DNA of 64,000 bases from Candidatus Poribacteria bacterium (lineage in GTDB: Bacteria; Poribacteria; WGA-4E; PCPOR2b): contig OZ220744.1 of NCBI GenBank assembly GCA_965116925.1, positions 5,856,001-5,920,000 of the forward strand, given 5' to 3'. Within the stretch, counting starts at the first letter, position 1. Each line of letters starts with the position of its first letter. Both the position numbers and the translations under genes were made by a program. The notes under the pieces are model-generated. The model ran no database searches. It saw only the letters and a list, made by a program, of their open reading frames with translations, and had not been told where the DNA came from. Shown in pieces: positions 49,947 to 58,631 of the stretch.

Positions 49947-50447
49947 CTATTCATAATAGAGGTTAGCCCGCAATTCTTTAATTGCAGGTTCAACAACGTG
50001 CTCGATGCGGTAGGGATTGTGTTTCCAAAGGGAACGCAATTCCCTTTCAACGTAATCAATCACATCAAGGGTCAAGGAACACGCTAATTCCTCAGCCCTT
50101 GCATAACCGTCCTTGAGAAGACAAGTATTCATTATCATCTCAAGGGTTGGGTGCGTATCATTACGCCCCACCTTTTTCGCAGAGTGGACTGTCACGACGT
50201 TCACCTCATAGAGGTTAGCTCGCAATTCTTTAATTGCAGGCTCAACAATCTCCTTGAGACGATCATCGTTGTGTTTCCACAAAGAGCACAACTTGCTCTC
50301 AAGGTCATCAACCCAGTGAGGGGTCATCGAATAGGCTAATTCTTCATCCCGTCGATAATCGTCCTTGAGAAGATAAGCATTCATTATCATCTCAAATGTT
50401 GGGTCACGCCCTACCTTTTTCGCAGAGTGCACTGTCACGACGTTCAT
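49947..50447 (-). CDS. Hypothetical protein of two ~80-aa repeats, antisense within intron domain II
   Basis: Duplicated unit NVVTVHSAKKVGR...EPAIKELRANLY with frame preserved; GGGAGG upstream of ATG. Confidence 0.65.
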   Translation of the reverse strand: MNVVTVHSAKKVGRDPTFEMIMNAYLLKDDYRRDEELAYSMTPHWVDDLESKLCSLWKHNDDRLKEIVEPAIKELRANLYEVNVVTVHSAKKVGRNDTHPTLEMIMNTCLLKDGYARAEELACSLTLDVIDYVERELRSLWKHNPYRIEHVVEPAIKELRANLYYE

Positions 50448-50633
50448 CTCCTCCCTTGTTGGATTAGGCGTGGTTGAACACGCCTTTTCCGCATAGGACG
50501 ATGAATCGATGTTTAGGTTTATGAGATGATAAGGGAGAGGAGGCAAGGTAGGATAGCAATACCTGAGCATTGCCAGAGTTAGGAAACTGAAAGCCTAACA
50601 AAAAACTTTACCAACATTGATGAAAAGCGGGGC

Positions 50634-50993
50634 TTGCCCTGTCAAACGACTGGATTCGGCGTGTTTTCATCTCAACGTATCACCGAGTTTGAAAATCACG
50701 TCCGAAGTATTCAGATGAAACTGGACAAAGCGGTTCCAAATGATGATAAAAACCTTGGTTCATATTAAGAAAGCGTGCAACAGCAATCGTAGGGGCGGGG
50801 TTTCCTCGCCCGCGCTTCACATTTTGCACTTTCTTTTTATATGAGCCAAAACCTTATCCGATGGTATGTGCATCTTTTGAGTAAGAAATCGAGAACCGTT
50901 AAAATCCTCGCAATTCACAACTAGCATTCCCGGAAAGAGATGGCAAACCTTATCGACAAAGATATTGACTATCTACGGTTGGTAAAGGTTTGA
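50634..50993 (+). pseudogene. Remnant of the intron-encoded RT/maturase (N-terminal RVT_N-like part), MITE-interrupted and internally deleted
   Basis: Removing the MITE gives FENHVRSIQMKLDKAVPNDDKNLIRWYVHLLSKKSRTVKILAIH*; located at the start of DIV; no YADD. Confidence 0.72.
50757..50847. mobile_element. MITE-B with REP, 8-bp target duplication
   Basis: GGTTCAT...ATGAGCC flanked by AAAACCTT on both sides. Confidence 0.88.
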
Positions 50994-51019
50994 TGAAGTC
51001 CGTCAAGTGAGATTAAGAC

Positions 51020-51382
51020 TCAATACCCGACTGTTTGCCAATAATAGATGATGCCATCAGGACGAACAAAAAACAATCTACGCTTTTCCACAGTGTATGT
51101 ACGCCCATGTTTATAAGTGGCGACAGGTATCAGTGGATGGTAGGATACAGACGAAGGAAATTGACCCACGACGCTGTTGTCCCAAATATAGATTGTCCCA
51201 CCCTTACCATCAGGGACGGACGATTGATAGACTCCCCATGATCTGATAACTTCAGAGATATGAGAACCTAACCAAGAATCCATAATCTCCCGATTGGAAG
51301 GGGGTAGAAGTTCACCTAATTTGGCACACCCAAGCATCAGGAAACAAAGGAACACAACGACAAATCTCATATTTCTCATCAC
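51020..51382 (-). CDS. Small lipoprotein, antisense within intron domain IV
   Basis: MRNMRFVVVFLCFLMLGC lipobox; WLGSHISEVIRSWG. Confidence 0.72.
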   Translation of the reverse strand: MMRNMRFVVVFLCFLMLGCAKLGELLPPSNREIMDSWLGSHISEVIRSWGVYQSSVPDGKGGTIYIWDNSVVGQFPSSVSYHPLIPVATYKHGRTYTVEKRRLFFVRPDGIIYYWQTVGY

Positions 51383-51588
51383 CTATTTTACTATTTTACG
51401 AATTATTTTATCGACGATAGAAAATTAGGAAGGTTTAACACATCATCATTTTTGATTCGGAAAGCCGTGTGCGGTGAAAGTCGCACGCACGGTTTGGAAG
51501 CGGGGAAAAGTCCGTGAGGACTCTACCTATGCTCACTAGAATATACAAGAAGGGTAGACATCGCTCGGCTATGAAGATGACTTTATCG

Positions 51589-52674
51589 CTATTGCTGCTC
51601 GTATTCAAATGGGAACGTCACCGGCTCACCATCGTTCGCCCACGATGTCGCCATCGCCACGTCAATTTCCCGGTCCTTACGACCGTTGTAAGCCCCATAT
51701 TCGGGCTCGGTGTCGTTGCGAACAGCGTTTGCGATACTCATCAGTTCTGACGCGACAGGAATTTCGCCATCACTGAGCGGGTAATTTTGCAACGGATTCT
51801 CCCACACCACTTCCGGCGTTGTATCCGCCACGAGTGCGGCGACGGTCTCAAACCCATTAACATCGTTGGTTTTGCGCGTGATTGTGATTTCGCGTTGCTC
51901 ATCGGTAGTGTCGCTCAGAATGACCGCTTCATCGCGGAAGCACATCCCGCGTTCAGCGTAGAACTTCGTGCCGTTGAAACCGCGAAGCGGCGAACCGTAA
52001 GACAAGCTGCTGAAATTGAATACCCCGACCGCGCCATCGGCAAATTCGATGATGCCGTGCTGCCATTCTTCTGAGTCGCGTGTCGGCTGACCTTGCCGCC
52101 AGATGTGTTCCTGCACGGTAAAACTCTTTCGGAACCCGAACACGCGCAGGGGTTCGTTATCAAATCCGACGTAACTGCGAATCAAGCCGATTCCGTGATA
52201 CCCGTGCCCGCGAAATTCGTTGTAGGCGACGTTGACTTTGCCGAATACCCCCGCCAGAATCATCTCGCGTTTAATCCGTTCCGAGGGCACACGATAATAG
52301 TTTTCGTTGACCTCAATCTTCGTTCCGTGCTGCTTTGCGGATTCGATCATTTTGTCCGACCAACCGAGGTCTGTGTCGATCGGCGTCTCGGTGCAGTAGC
52401 TTACCCCATGTTCAGAGCACAGCAGCCCCGGGATGTGATTGTTGCTCGGCGTAATTACGATGGAGCAGATATCTGGCTTCTCTTTTTCCAGCATCTCAGC
52501 GGTGTCTGTGTATGTGGCAATGTTATACTTTTCCCCCTGCTCTTTGACGGAATCTTCGTGTAGATCGCAAACGGCAACGAGTTCAAGGTCGTCCTTCAAC
52601 TTCGCAATGAGCGGCAGGTACGCGCCCGTTCCACGATTCCCTGTGCCGATATGTGCAATTTTGAGCTTGTCCAT
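51589..52674 (-). CDS. Gfo/Idh/MocA oxidoreductase
   Basis: IAHIGTGNRG, LVAVCD, ETP; GGAGG RBS. Confidence 0.88.
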   Translation of the reverse strand: MDKLKIAHIGTGNRGTGAYLPLIAKLKDDLELVAVCDLHEDSVKEQGEKYNIATYTDTAEMLEKEKPDICSIVITPSNNHIPGLLCSEHGVSYCTETPIDTDLGWSDKMIESAKQHGTKIEVNENYYRVPSERIKREMILAGVFGKVNVAYNEFRGHGYHGIGLIRSYVGFDNEPLRVFGFRKSFTVQEHIWRQGQPTRDSEEWQHGIIEFADGAVGVFNFSSLSYGSPLRGFNGTKFYAERGMCFRDEAVILSDTTDEQREITITRKTNDVNGFETVAALVADTTPEVVWENPLQNYPLSDGEIPVASELMSIANAVRNDTEPEYGAYNGRKDREIDVAMATSWANDGEPVTFPFEYEQQ

Positions 52675-53138
52675 TGATTCGCCTCCTCTGGCAATTGAAG
52701 ATTGCAGGTTGTTTTCACCGGTTTTTCTCCGCTGCGAAAGGCAACTCAACACCCCAATCTAACTTCAAACGCATTATAGCAAAAGGCTTTGCAGAAATCA
52801 AGTGTACCCGCGGATAACTAACAATCAGCCGCACTCACCAAAATTAAAGCCGAGCGAAAACACCAACAAACAAGCGGTTCAAGAAATAATTCCAAACAAT
52901 CCAGAAAGGACATTAACAGCGCGGAGTTGATAGTAGCCGTTCTAAATAAAAAATGCTACAATGCTTAAAGATTTGAAGAATTAATTGCTTGCAGGGGTTA
53001 TTCTTAATTGGAGTCTTTCTGATCTATAGAGGGTGACATCTCTGGGAAATTCGCCAACTTCATCCTGCACCACCAAAAGAAATCAATGTTGAGCTGAATC
53101 GTTCGTTTCTTTACACCATTTCTTAATAGGAAGGAAAA

Positions 53139-53861
53139 ATGATTAAAGCAGTATTTTTTGACCTTGACGATACGCTCTGTGATTCAGATACAGCTTGGCG
53201 TATCGCGGTAAGAGAAACATTCCAGCTTTTATGTAAGCGTGTGCCGGGTGTTTCGGAAGAGGCTTTTACAAAAGCATGGACCAAAGTTCATCAGAAACTC
53301 TTTCAGCAACTCGATATGGGGAAACGTTCCATGGCAGAGGTGAGAGATTTACGTTTCCAGTGCACATTCAAAGAATTAGACCTGCCGACAAGTAAAATTA
53401 CAGAAGAACTCAACGACTTTTTGAGTGCGCGCTACATTGCAAGTCTGCACCTTTACGAAGATGTCGCAGTGCTTGAAGAATTGCAGGCATATCATATCGG
53501 CATCATCACAAACGGCGCACACGATAAACATACAGACAGCCAACTCTCCAAAGTAAAACACTTGGGGCTCACTGACCGTATTCAGTCGCTTACAATTTCG
53601 GACGAAGTCGGTGTTAGAAAACCGAACATTGACATCTTCAAGGCAGCTTGCGAACGTGCTGGTGTTTTACCAACAGAGGCCATGTTTGTTGGCGATTCCA
53701 TTGAAAATGACATCGTTGGTGCCAACCGTGCAGGTATAACGAGTGTTCTCATTGACCGAAAATCAGATACTTTAATACCGGAGATTGCGGAGGGACGACC
53801 AGATTACTCAGTCTCAAACCTGTATGACGTTCTGTCCTACTTGGAGAACAAACGGGAATAG
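53139..53861 (+). CDS. HAD-superfamily hydrolase
   Basis: FDLDDTL, ITNG, KP, VGDSIENDIVGA. Confidence 0.92.
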   Translation: MIKAVFFDLDDTLCDSDTAWRIAVRETFQLLCKRVPGVSEEAFTKAWTKVHQKLFQQLDMGKRSMAEVRDLRFQCTFKELDLPTSKITEELNDFLSARYIASLHLYEDVAVLEELQAYHIGIITNGAHDKHTDSQLSKVKHLGLTDRIQSLTISDEVGVRKPNIDIFKAACERAGVLPTEAMFVGDSIENDIVGANRAGITSVLIDRKSDTLIPEIAEGRPDYSVSNLYDVLSYLENKRE

Positions 53862-53938
53862 AATTACAACGGTTGATACGCATTGTTGCTGCGTCTCTTT
53901 CACACCTTAGCTCTATTCTCCTGATATGGAGGCACACG

Positions 53939-54808
53939 ATGATTAACACCAAGCTAAAAGACAAAGTCGCTCTGATTACGGGTGCCAATCATGGCATCGG
54001 TGCCGCAACCGCTCTGGCTCTAGGCAATCAAGGCGTAAAGGTGTTTGCATCATTTTTTCGCCCACCGCCTCAATACAGTGAAACAGAATTGAAGCAAGCT
54101 GAAGAGACTGGATTGGGTGGAGATGCCTTCTACCGAGCAATGCAACAAAAGCCTATTGAGCACCTCGTAAATCAGTTTGAGGAAGGGGGCATGAAAATAT
54201 CCGTTTTAGAAGCCGACCTTGCTGATGAAACGAACATCCCGAAACTTTTCGATGCCTGCGAGAAAGAACTGGGACCCGTTGATATCTTGATTAACAATCA
54301 CACCCACTGCGTCTTGGAAACATTCGATCCTGAGCAAACTTCAAAAGACGGGAGAGGTATTTTTCTACCTACCACCTCAAGCATCGACACACATTTTGCT
54401 ATTAATTCGCGAGCGTATGTATTGATGATGCAGGCGTACTTGCAGCAATACCTTGAAAACGGTCTGAGCTGGGGACGCATTGTAAATACCAGTACGGATG
54501 CCGCACACTGCCATCCGCTGAACATCAGCTACGCCGCCAGCAAACACGCAATCGAATCCTATAGCCGCTCTGCTGCGTGTGAGATGGGAAAATACGGGAT
54601 AACTGTGAATGTAATTGCCCCCGGACCGATTCAGACGGGCTACATCACCCCTGAAGCTGAGAAAGAGATTGCAGAATCTACACCGTTAGGCAGGGTTGGT
54701 AAACCTGAAGATGTGGCGGAGGTCACTGTTTTTCTCTGTTCTGAGCAAGCCCGTTGGCTCACAGGACAACTACTCTATGTTGGAGGCGGCTATCGAATGC
54801 CTCAATAG
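53939..54808 (+). CDS. Short-chain dehydrogenase/reductase
   Basis: TGANHGIG, YAASK, VNVIAPG. Confidence 0.92.
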   Translation: MINTKLKDKVALITGANHGIGAATALALGNQGVKVFASFFRPPPQYSETELKQAEETGLGGDAFYRAMQQKPIEHLVNQFEEGGMKISVLEADLADETNIPKLFDACEKELGPVDILINNHTHCVLETFDPEQTSKDGRGIFLPTTSSIDTHFAINSRAYVLMMQAYLQQYLENGLSWGRIVNTSTDAAHCHPLNISYAASKHAIESYSRSAACEMGKYGITVNVIAPGPIQTGYITPEAEKEIAESTPLGRVGKPEDVAEVTVFLCSEQARWLTGQLLYVGGGYRMPQ

Positions 54809-54874
54809 ATAAATAGCGTTCGGTAGTTTGAAAGCCTTAACCGATATGTTGATACTTGGAAGGTAAAATTATCT

Positions 54875-55672
54875 ATGAGTAAAATTCATGAAGCCAATCG
54901 TCGGCACTGGAATAATCAGGCGACAACATGGGAGGAACGCCTAAACCGTGATGGGCGTTGGCGCAGGTGCCATAAAGAGCCTGAATTGGCATTTGAAGGC
55001 GAAACGCTTTCTACGATCCGAGAGATGGTAGGCGATCTTCACGACAAGCAGGTGTGTATCATTGGTAGCGGTGATAACATGGCAGCCTATGCGCTTTCAG
55101 GATTAGGGGCAGTGGTGACTTCCACAGATATTTCAGAGGAACGATTGAAGCTAGCAGCAAGTCGTGCAGAGACCCTCGGTGTGTCGATTGAATTTGTCCG
55201 TTCCGATGCCGCCGATCTCGGATTCGCAGACGATTCGACCTTCGATCTTGTCTGCTCCACAAACGGCTTCTTCGTGTGGATTGCGGATCTCGGCGCGGTC
55301 TTCCGTGAGGTTTCGAGAATCCTGAAGCCGGGAGGTGCATACGTTTTCTACGACATTCACCCGTTCATGCGTCCCTGGAAAGAACAGATAACGCCTATTG
55401 AAATGGAGAAATCTTATTGGGACACCGGACCATTTCGGGAGTCAGTGGATGGATCATACGAGTTTAACTGGACCTTAGCGGATCTGCTTAATCCGTTGGC
55501 ACAAGCTGGATTGATGTTGAAAAAAGTCCTCGAAAGTCCAGCGCAGGATCCCGGATTTTGGCGGGGCGGTGGTGATACCACTGACATTGACGAATCGTTA
55601 TTTGATTGGAGGCGGAATCCCCGTGCTGGATTGCCTGTTTGGCTAACAGTCGCTGCATCCAAAATGGATTGA
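54875..55672 (+). CDS. Class I SAM-dependent methyltransferase
   Basis: IIGSG, DSTFDLV, RILKPGG. Confidence 0.88.
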   Translation: MSKIHEANRRHWNNQATTWEERLNRDGRWRRCHKEPELAFEGETLSTIREMVGDLHDKQVCIIGSGDNMAAYALSGLGAVVTSTDISEERLKLAASRAETLGVSIEFVRSDAADLGFADDSTFDLVCSTNGFFVWIADLGAVFREVSRILKPGGAYVFYDIHPFMRPWKEQITPIEMEKSYWDTGPFRESVDGSYEFNWTLADLLNPLAQAGLMLKKVLESPAQDPGFWRGGGDTTDIDESLFDWRRNPRAGLPVWLTVAASKMD

Positions 55673-55720
55673 GGTACGACTAGAACACAATCGGATTACT
55701 TTGCGAAAGGAATCCACACA

Positions 55721-56233
55721 ATGGTAGAAATACGGGAGGAACGACAAGGAGAGTGTCAGGAAATTCGTCAGGTTATCGTCGCTGCATTCGGTGGTGACAC
55801 TGAAGCCAATGCCGTTGAATTGCTTCGAGACAGAAACAAAGCACCGGTCGCACTCGTGGCAGTCAGTGACAATAAAATTGTTGGTCATATCATGTTTTCA
55901 CCGGTGACGATAACATTCGCTCACACAACGCTCCGTGCTATTGGACTAGCACCCCTATCCATCCTACCAAAGTTCCAAAGGCAGGGTATTGGCTCCATGT
56001 TGGTGCGTGAAGGGCTAAAAAAATGTGCGGCGGCTGGATTTGAGATAGCGGTCGTGTTGGGAAGTCCCTATTACTACCCACGATTCGGTTTCTCCCGTGC
56101 CAGCCTTTACGGCTTGGGAAACGAATATAACGCTGACGAACATTTCATGACAATGGAATTGAAGGACGGTGCTCTTGATAAAGTCAGTGGCACCGTGCGG
56201 TATTCGTCAGAATTCAAGGAGTGTGGTTGTTGA
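55721..56233 (+). CDS. GNAT acetyltransferase (YhbS-like)
   Basis: GLAPLSILPKFQRQGIGS, VLGSP.YYPRFGF. Confidence 0.9.
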   Translation: MVEIREERQGECQEIRQVIVAAFGGDTEANAVELLRDRNKAPVALVAVSDNKIVGHIMFSPVTITFAHTTLRAIGLAPLSILPKFQRQGIGSMLVREGLKKCAAAGFEIAVVLGSPYYYPRFGFSRASLYGLGNEYNADEHFMTMELKDGALDKVSGTVRYSSEFKECGC

Positions 56234-56389
56234 GAAATTCATTTCAATAAAGAAGGGCGGCATGAGTCATCCAAATACTCTGCGAACAAGCATTGGCAGC
56301 CAACTCTCGAGTTCTATCGCGAACTTGGCTTTGAAGTGTGGTCCTTTTCTTTATTTCTCGATGAAACGCTGACATTCGCTTAACAAAAG

Positions 56390-56612
56390 TTGACATACTC
56401 CAAAGCTGAAGCATTGGGATTCTTATTAGAGAACCCTATTTTAGAATTGTGCTGCCAATGGTGAATTCTGGTTTTACTCCGGTCCTAGTTCACTTATCGC
56501 AAACCGGCGATCTCCGCTGCCCTGGTTCCTTCGGCAACCCGCTTCACGAGTTCGGTAACTTGAAAACGTCGGGTTGCTATAAAGCCGGCGGTCCGTTACC
56601 TGAAACGGATTT
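56390..56612 (-). ncRNA. IS200/IS605 right end with TnpB omega-RNA-like scaffold; no tnpB ORF
   Basis: Minus strand ends AAGAATCCCAATGCTTCAGCTTTGGAGTATGTCAA (subterminal hairpin plus TCAA); upstream ~190 nt resembles, from memory, the 3' region of cyanobacterial tnpB elements. Confidence 0.62.
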
Positions 56613-56619
56613 AATAATA

Positions 56620-57236
56620 ATGCAAGTTGCTAGTTGAATATCCATGGGATTTCCGTTAGAGTATTTGCGTTCTAAACAACACTCTTAAAACAGGAGAATT
56701 CCATGGACTTAGTAATCGTAGCATTTTATGCGCTTTGTGACGATCTCTTAATTCAACACCGATACCAAGGTGAAGCGTGGCGAGGACATATAGCTAGTAA
56801 CCGCAGATATTTCTATGGACTTAAACTGCATCTGATGGTCACTGAAGATGGCGTGCCGGTTGAGTTCTTCTTAACACCGAGCAGTTTTGGTGATGTTTTA
56901 GGGTTGCGGTGTTATCCGTTTGACTTACCTCAAGGGGCGGCCGTTTATGCAGATAGAGCCTACTGCAATTATGGGATTGAAGATGCGTTAGCTGAAGCCG
57001 GTATTACGCTCAAGCCGTTGCGAAAAAAGAACAGCAAACGCCAATATGACACGTGTAAGGTTTATCTCCACCATCACCGCAGGAAGCCTGTAGAGGAACA
57101 AATAGTCTCATCACCCAACGCCTACCCCGGTCAATTCACGCGGTCACTGCCGCTGGGTTTGAGATGAAAGTCGTTTTGTTTCTCATCGTTACTATGATTA
57201 CACGCATCATTACATAAAAACACTAGCAACTTGCGT
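56620..57236 (+). mobile_element. Internally deleted IS982-family element
   Basis: TIRs ATGCAAGTTGCTAGT / ACTAGCAACTTGCGT; flanks AATAATA / TATAATA. Confidence 0.8.
56703..57217 (+). pseudogene. IS982 transposase fragment
   Basis: FYALCDD joined directly to YFYGLKLH...VYADRAY; frameshifted C-terminus. Confidence 0.78.
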
Positions 57237-57286
57237 TATAATAAGCTGACTTTGAAAAAAACAACTGCGGGAAGACATGGAGGGTT

Positions 57287-57895
57287 GTGCGACCTAGGGA
57301 AGGACCAGCCGTGAAAGTCAAAGGAAAAATCCCTCAAGATAACAGAGCCCATAGCTACTGCCCCAAGTGCTGGAGCGAAAATATTCAACCTTATGCGGTT
57401 GAAGGCAGAGAATATTATCGATGTGGGGGTTGCGGGTATGATGACAGCCGCCTCATCATGCTCTACCCGCAAATGCGTTATCGCATTTTGCCCGACGGAG
57501 AGCTGTTGCATTATTCCGTCGGTGCGGTCATCGAATGGGAGGGGAAGATTCTCTTATTCCACCGAAGGTTGTTCCCATTTTGCTATACAATCGTTGCCGG
57601 GCATTGGGATTTGGACGATGAGACTCCGGAAGTTGCCGTTGCTCGCGAGATCGAAGAAGAAGCGGGAATTGAGGTTAGTCCTGAAAAGCCGGTATTTGTG
57701 GAAACGCTTGAAGAACCGTGTCGTCGCGGTGCGGATTTTCACGAATGGCGACTGTACCGGGCGACGGTAGATCAGAATACAGCGACGCTATCCGACGAAG
57801 CGGATATCATCGGGTGGTACGCTCCTGATGAGATAAGGGGACTTGATTTAACAATTCCGACCGAATATTTTCTAAAAAAGCTAGGGATTATCTGA
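57287..57895 (+). CDS. NUDIX hydrolase with N-terminal Zn ribbon
   Basis: CPKC...CGGC; Nudix box GHWDLDDETPEVAVAREIEEEAGI. Confidence 0.85.
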   Translation: MRPREGPAVKVKGKIPQDNRAHSYCPKCWSENIQPYAVEGREYYRCGGCGYDDSRLIMLYPQMRYRILPDGELLHYSVGAVIEWEGKILLFHRRLFPFCYTIVAGHWDLDDETPEVAVAREIEEEAGIEVSPEKPVFVETLEEPCRRGADFHEWRLYRATVDQNTATLSDEADIIGWYAPDEIRGLDLTIPTEYFLKKLGII

Positions 57896-57908
57896 TGAGG
57901 TGTGTTTG

Positions 57909-58631
57909 TCAAAGTTCACCGATACAGAACACGGTGTTCTTCGCTTCCAAACTCCGAATTTCGGAATAGTGATAGACTTGAGCAACTTCTGTCCCATCTT
58001 CAATAATCGGAGTTGGTTTCTCGATAACAAAATCAGCGAAGTGCGGGGCGTTGAACGCAACGTAAGCGAGACTGAACGTCTCAATCTGCGGATCGTATCG
58101 CTTTGACAGGTCTGGAAATAGGATTATCCCTGTATCGACTTGGTAGATGTCTGCTTGTTCATCTATATTCATCGTTTTAACTGGACATTCAATAATTGCC
58201 CGCTGAGATGTATTGGCATCCCATATTTCTGTGTGCGTTACGATTGGCAGGCTCTTTCGCGTGGCTTCAAAAATAGCTGCGTTGCTATCGAGGACCTGTA
58301 CCGGCGACGCCTCTTGGATATCAAACAGGGGTCCTCCCCACCATTCCTTCGCCGGTCTATACTCGGCGTAGTTATCGTTGCGGTAGGCATGTCGTCTGAA
58401 TACCGCCGAGTGTGCTTCTCCAAAAACCGGGAGAAAATCGTAGTTTGGGTTTACGAAAAGATCCCTCTTCGCGAAGGTATGTTCACTCTTACACGAACCA
58501 CACTGATAATAGTCGTTGAAACTTCCATCTGTGTCGTCTATCAAGCGGCATCGAGATTCGACCCAAAATCGGGGTGCATTTCCATTGCCGACAGAATTGA
58601 TAAAAGAGAGTCCATAGTCAAGGCAATTCAT
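57909..58631 (-). CDS. Hypothetical protein
   Basis: 240-aa ORF with AAGGA RBS; CGSCKSEH motif. Confidence 0.7.
   Translation of the reverse strand: MNCLDYGLSFINSVGNGNAPRFWVESRCRLIDDTDGSFNDYYQCGSCKSEHTFAKRDLFVNPNYDFLPVFGEAHSAVFRRHAYRNDNYAEYRPAKEWWGGPLFDIQEASPVQVLDSNAAIFEATRKSLPIVTHTEIWDANTSQRAIIECPVKTMNIDEQADIYQVDTGIILFPDLSKRYDPQIETFSLAYVAFNAPHFADFVIEKPTPIIEDGTEVAQVYHYSEIRSLEAKNTVFCIGEL

Larger units (their letters stand above)
49181..51536 (+). ncRNA. Group II intron, subclass IIB, RT-degenerate
   Basis: 5' GTGTG; EBS1 TGTACTT (49794-49800) pairs with IBS1 AAGTACA (49174-49180); basal stems of DI, DII, DIII and DIV pair; canonical DV at 51462-51495; DVI with bulged A 51529; ends in AC. Confidence 0.9.

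Noticed and set aside
49947..50447. DGR template/variable repeat pair or CRISPR array
   Set aside because: Differences are not adenine-specific, there is no intact RT, and there is no short repeat-spacer periodicity or cas gene in the window.
50448..50570. N-terminal extension of the 207-aa ORF
   Set aside because: Antisense to the intron DII/DIII stems; ATG at 50447 marks the repeat start.
52810..52940. Imperfect long inverted repeat in a divergent intergenic region
   Set aside because: Weak pairing, single copy, no recognisable family.
41609..56233. Integron cassette array
   Set aside because: No intI and no repeated attC-like sites between these genes.
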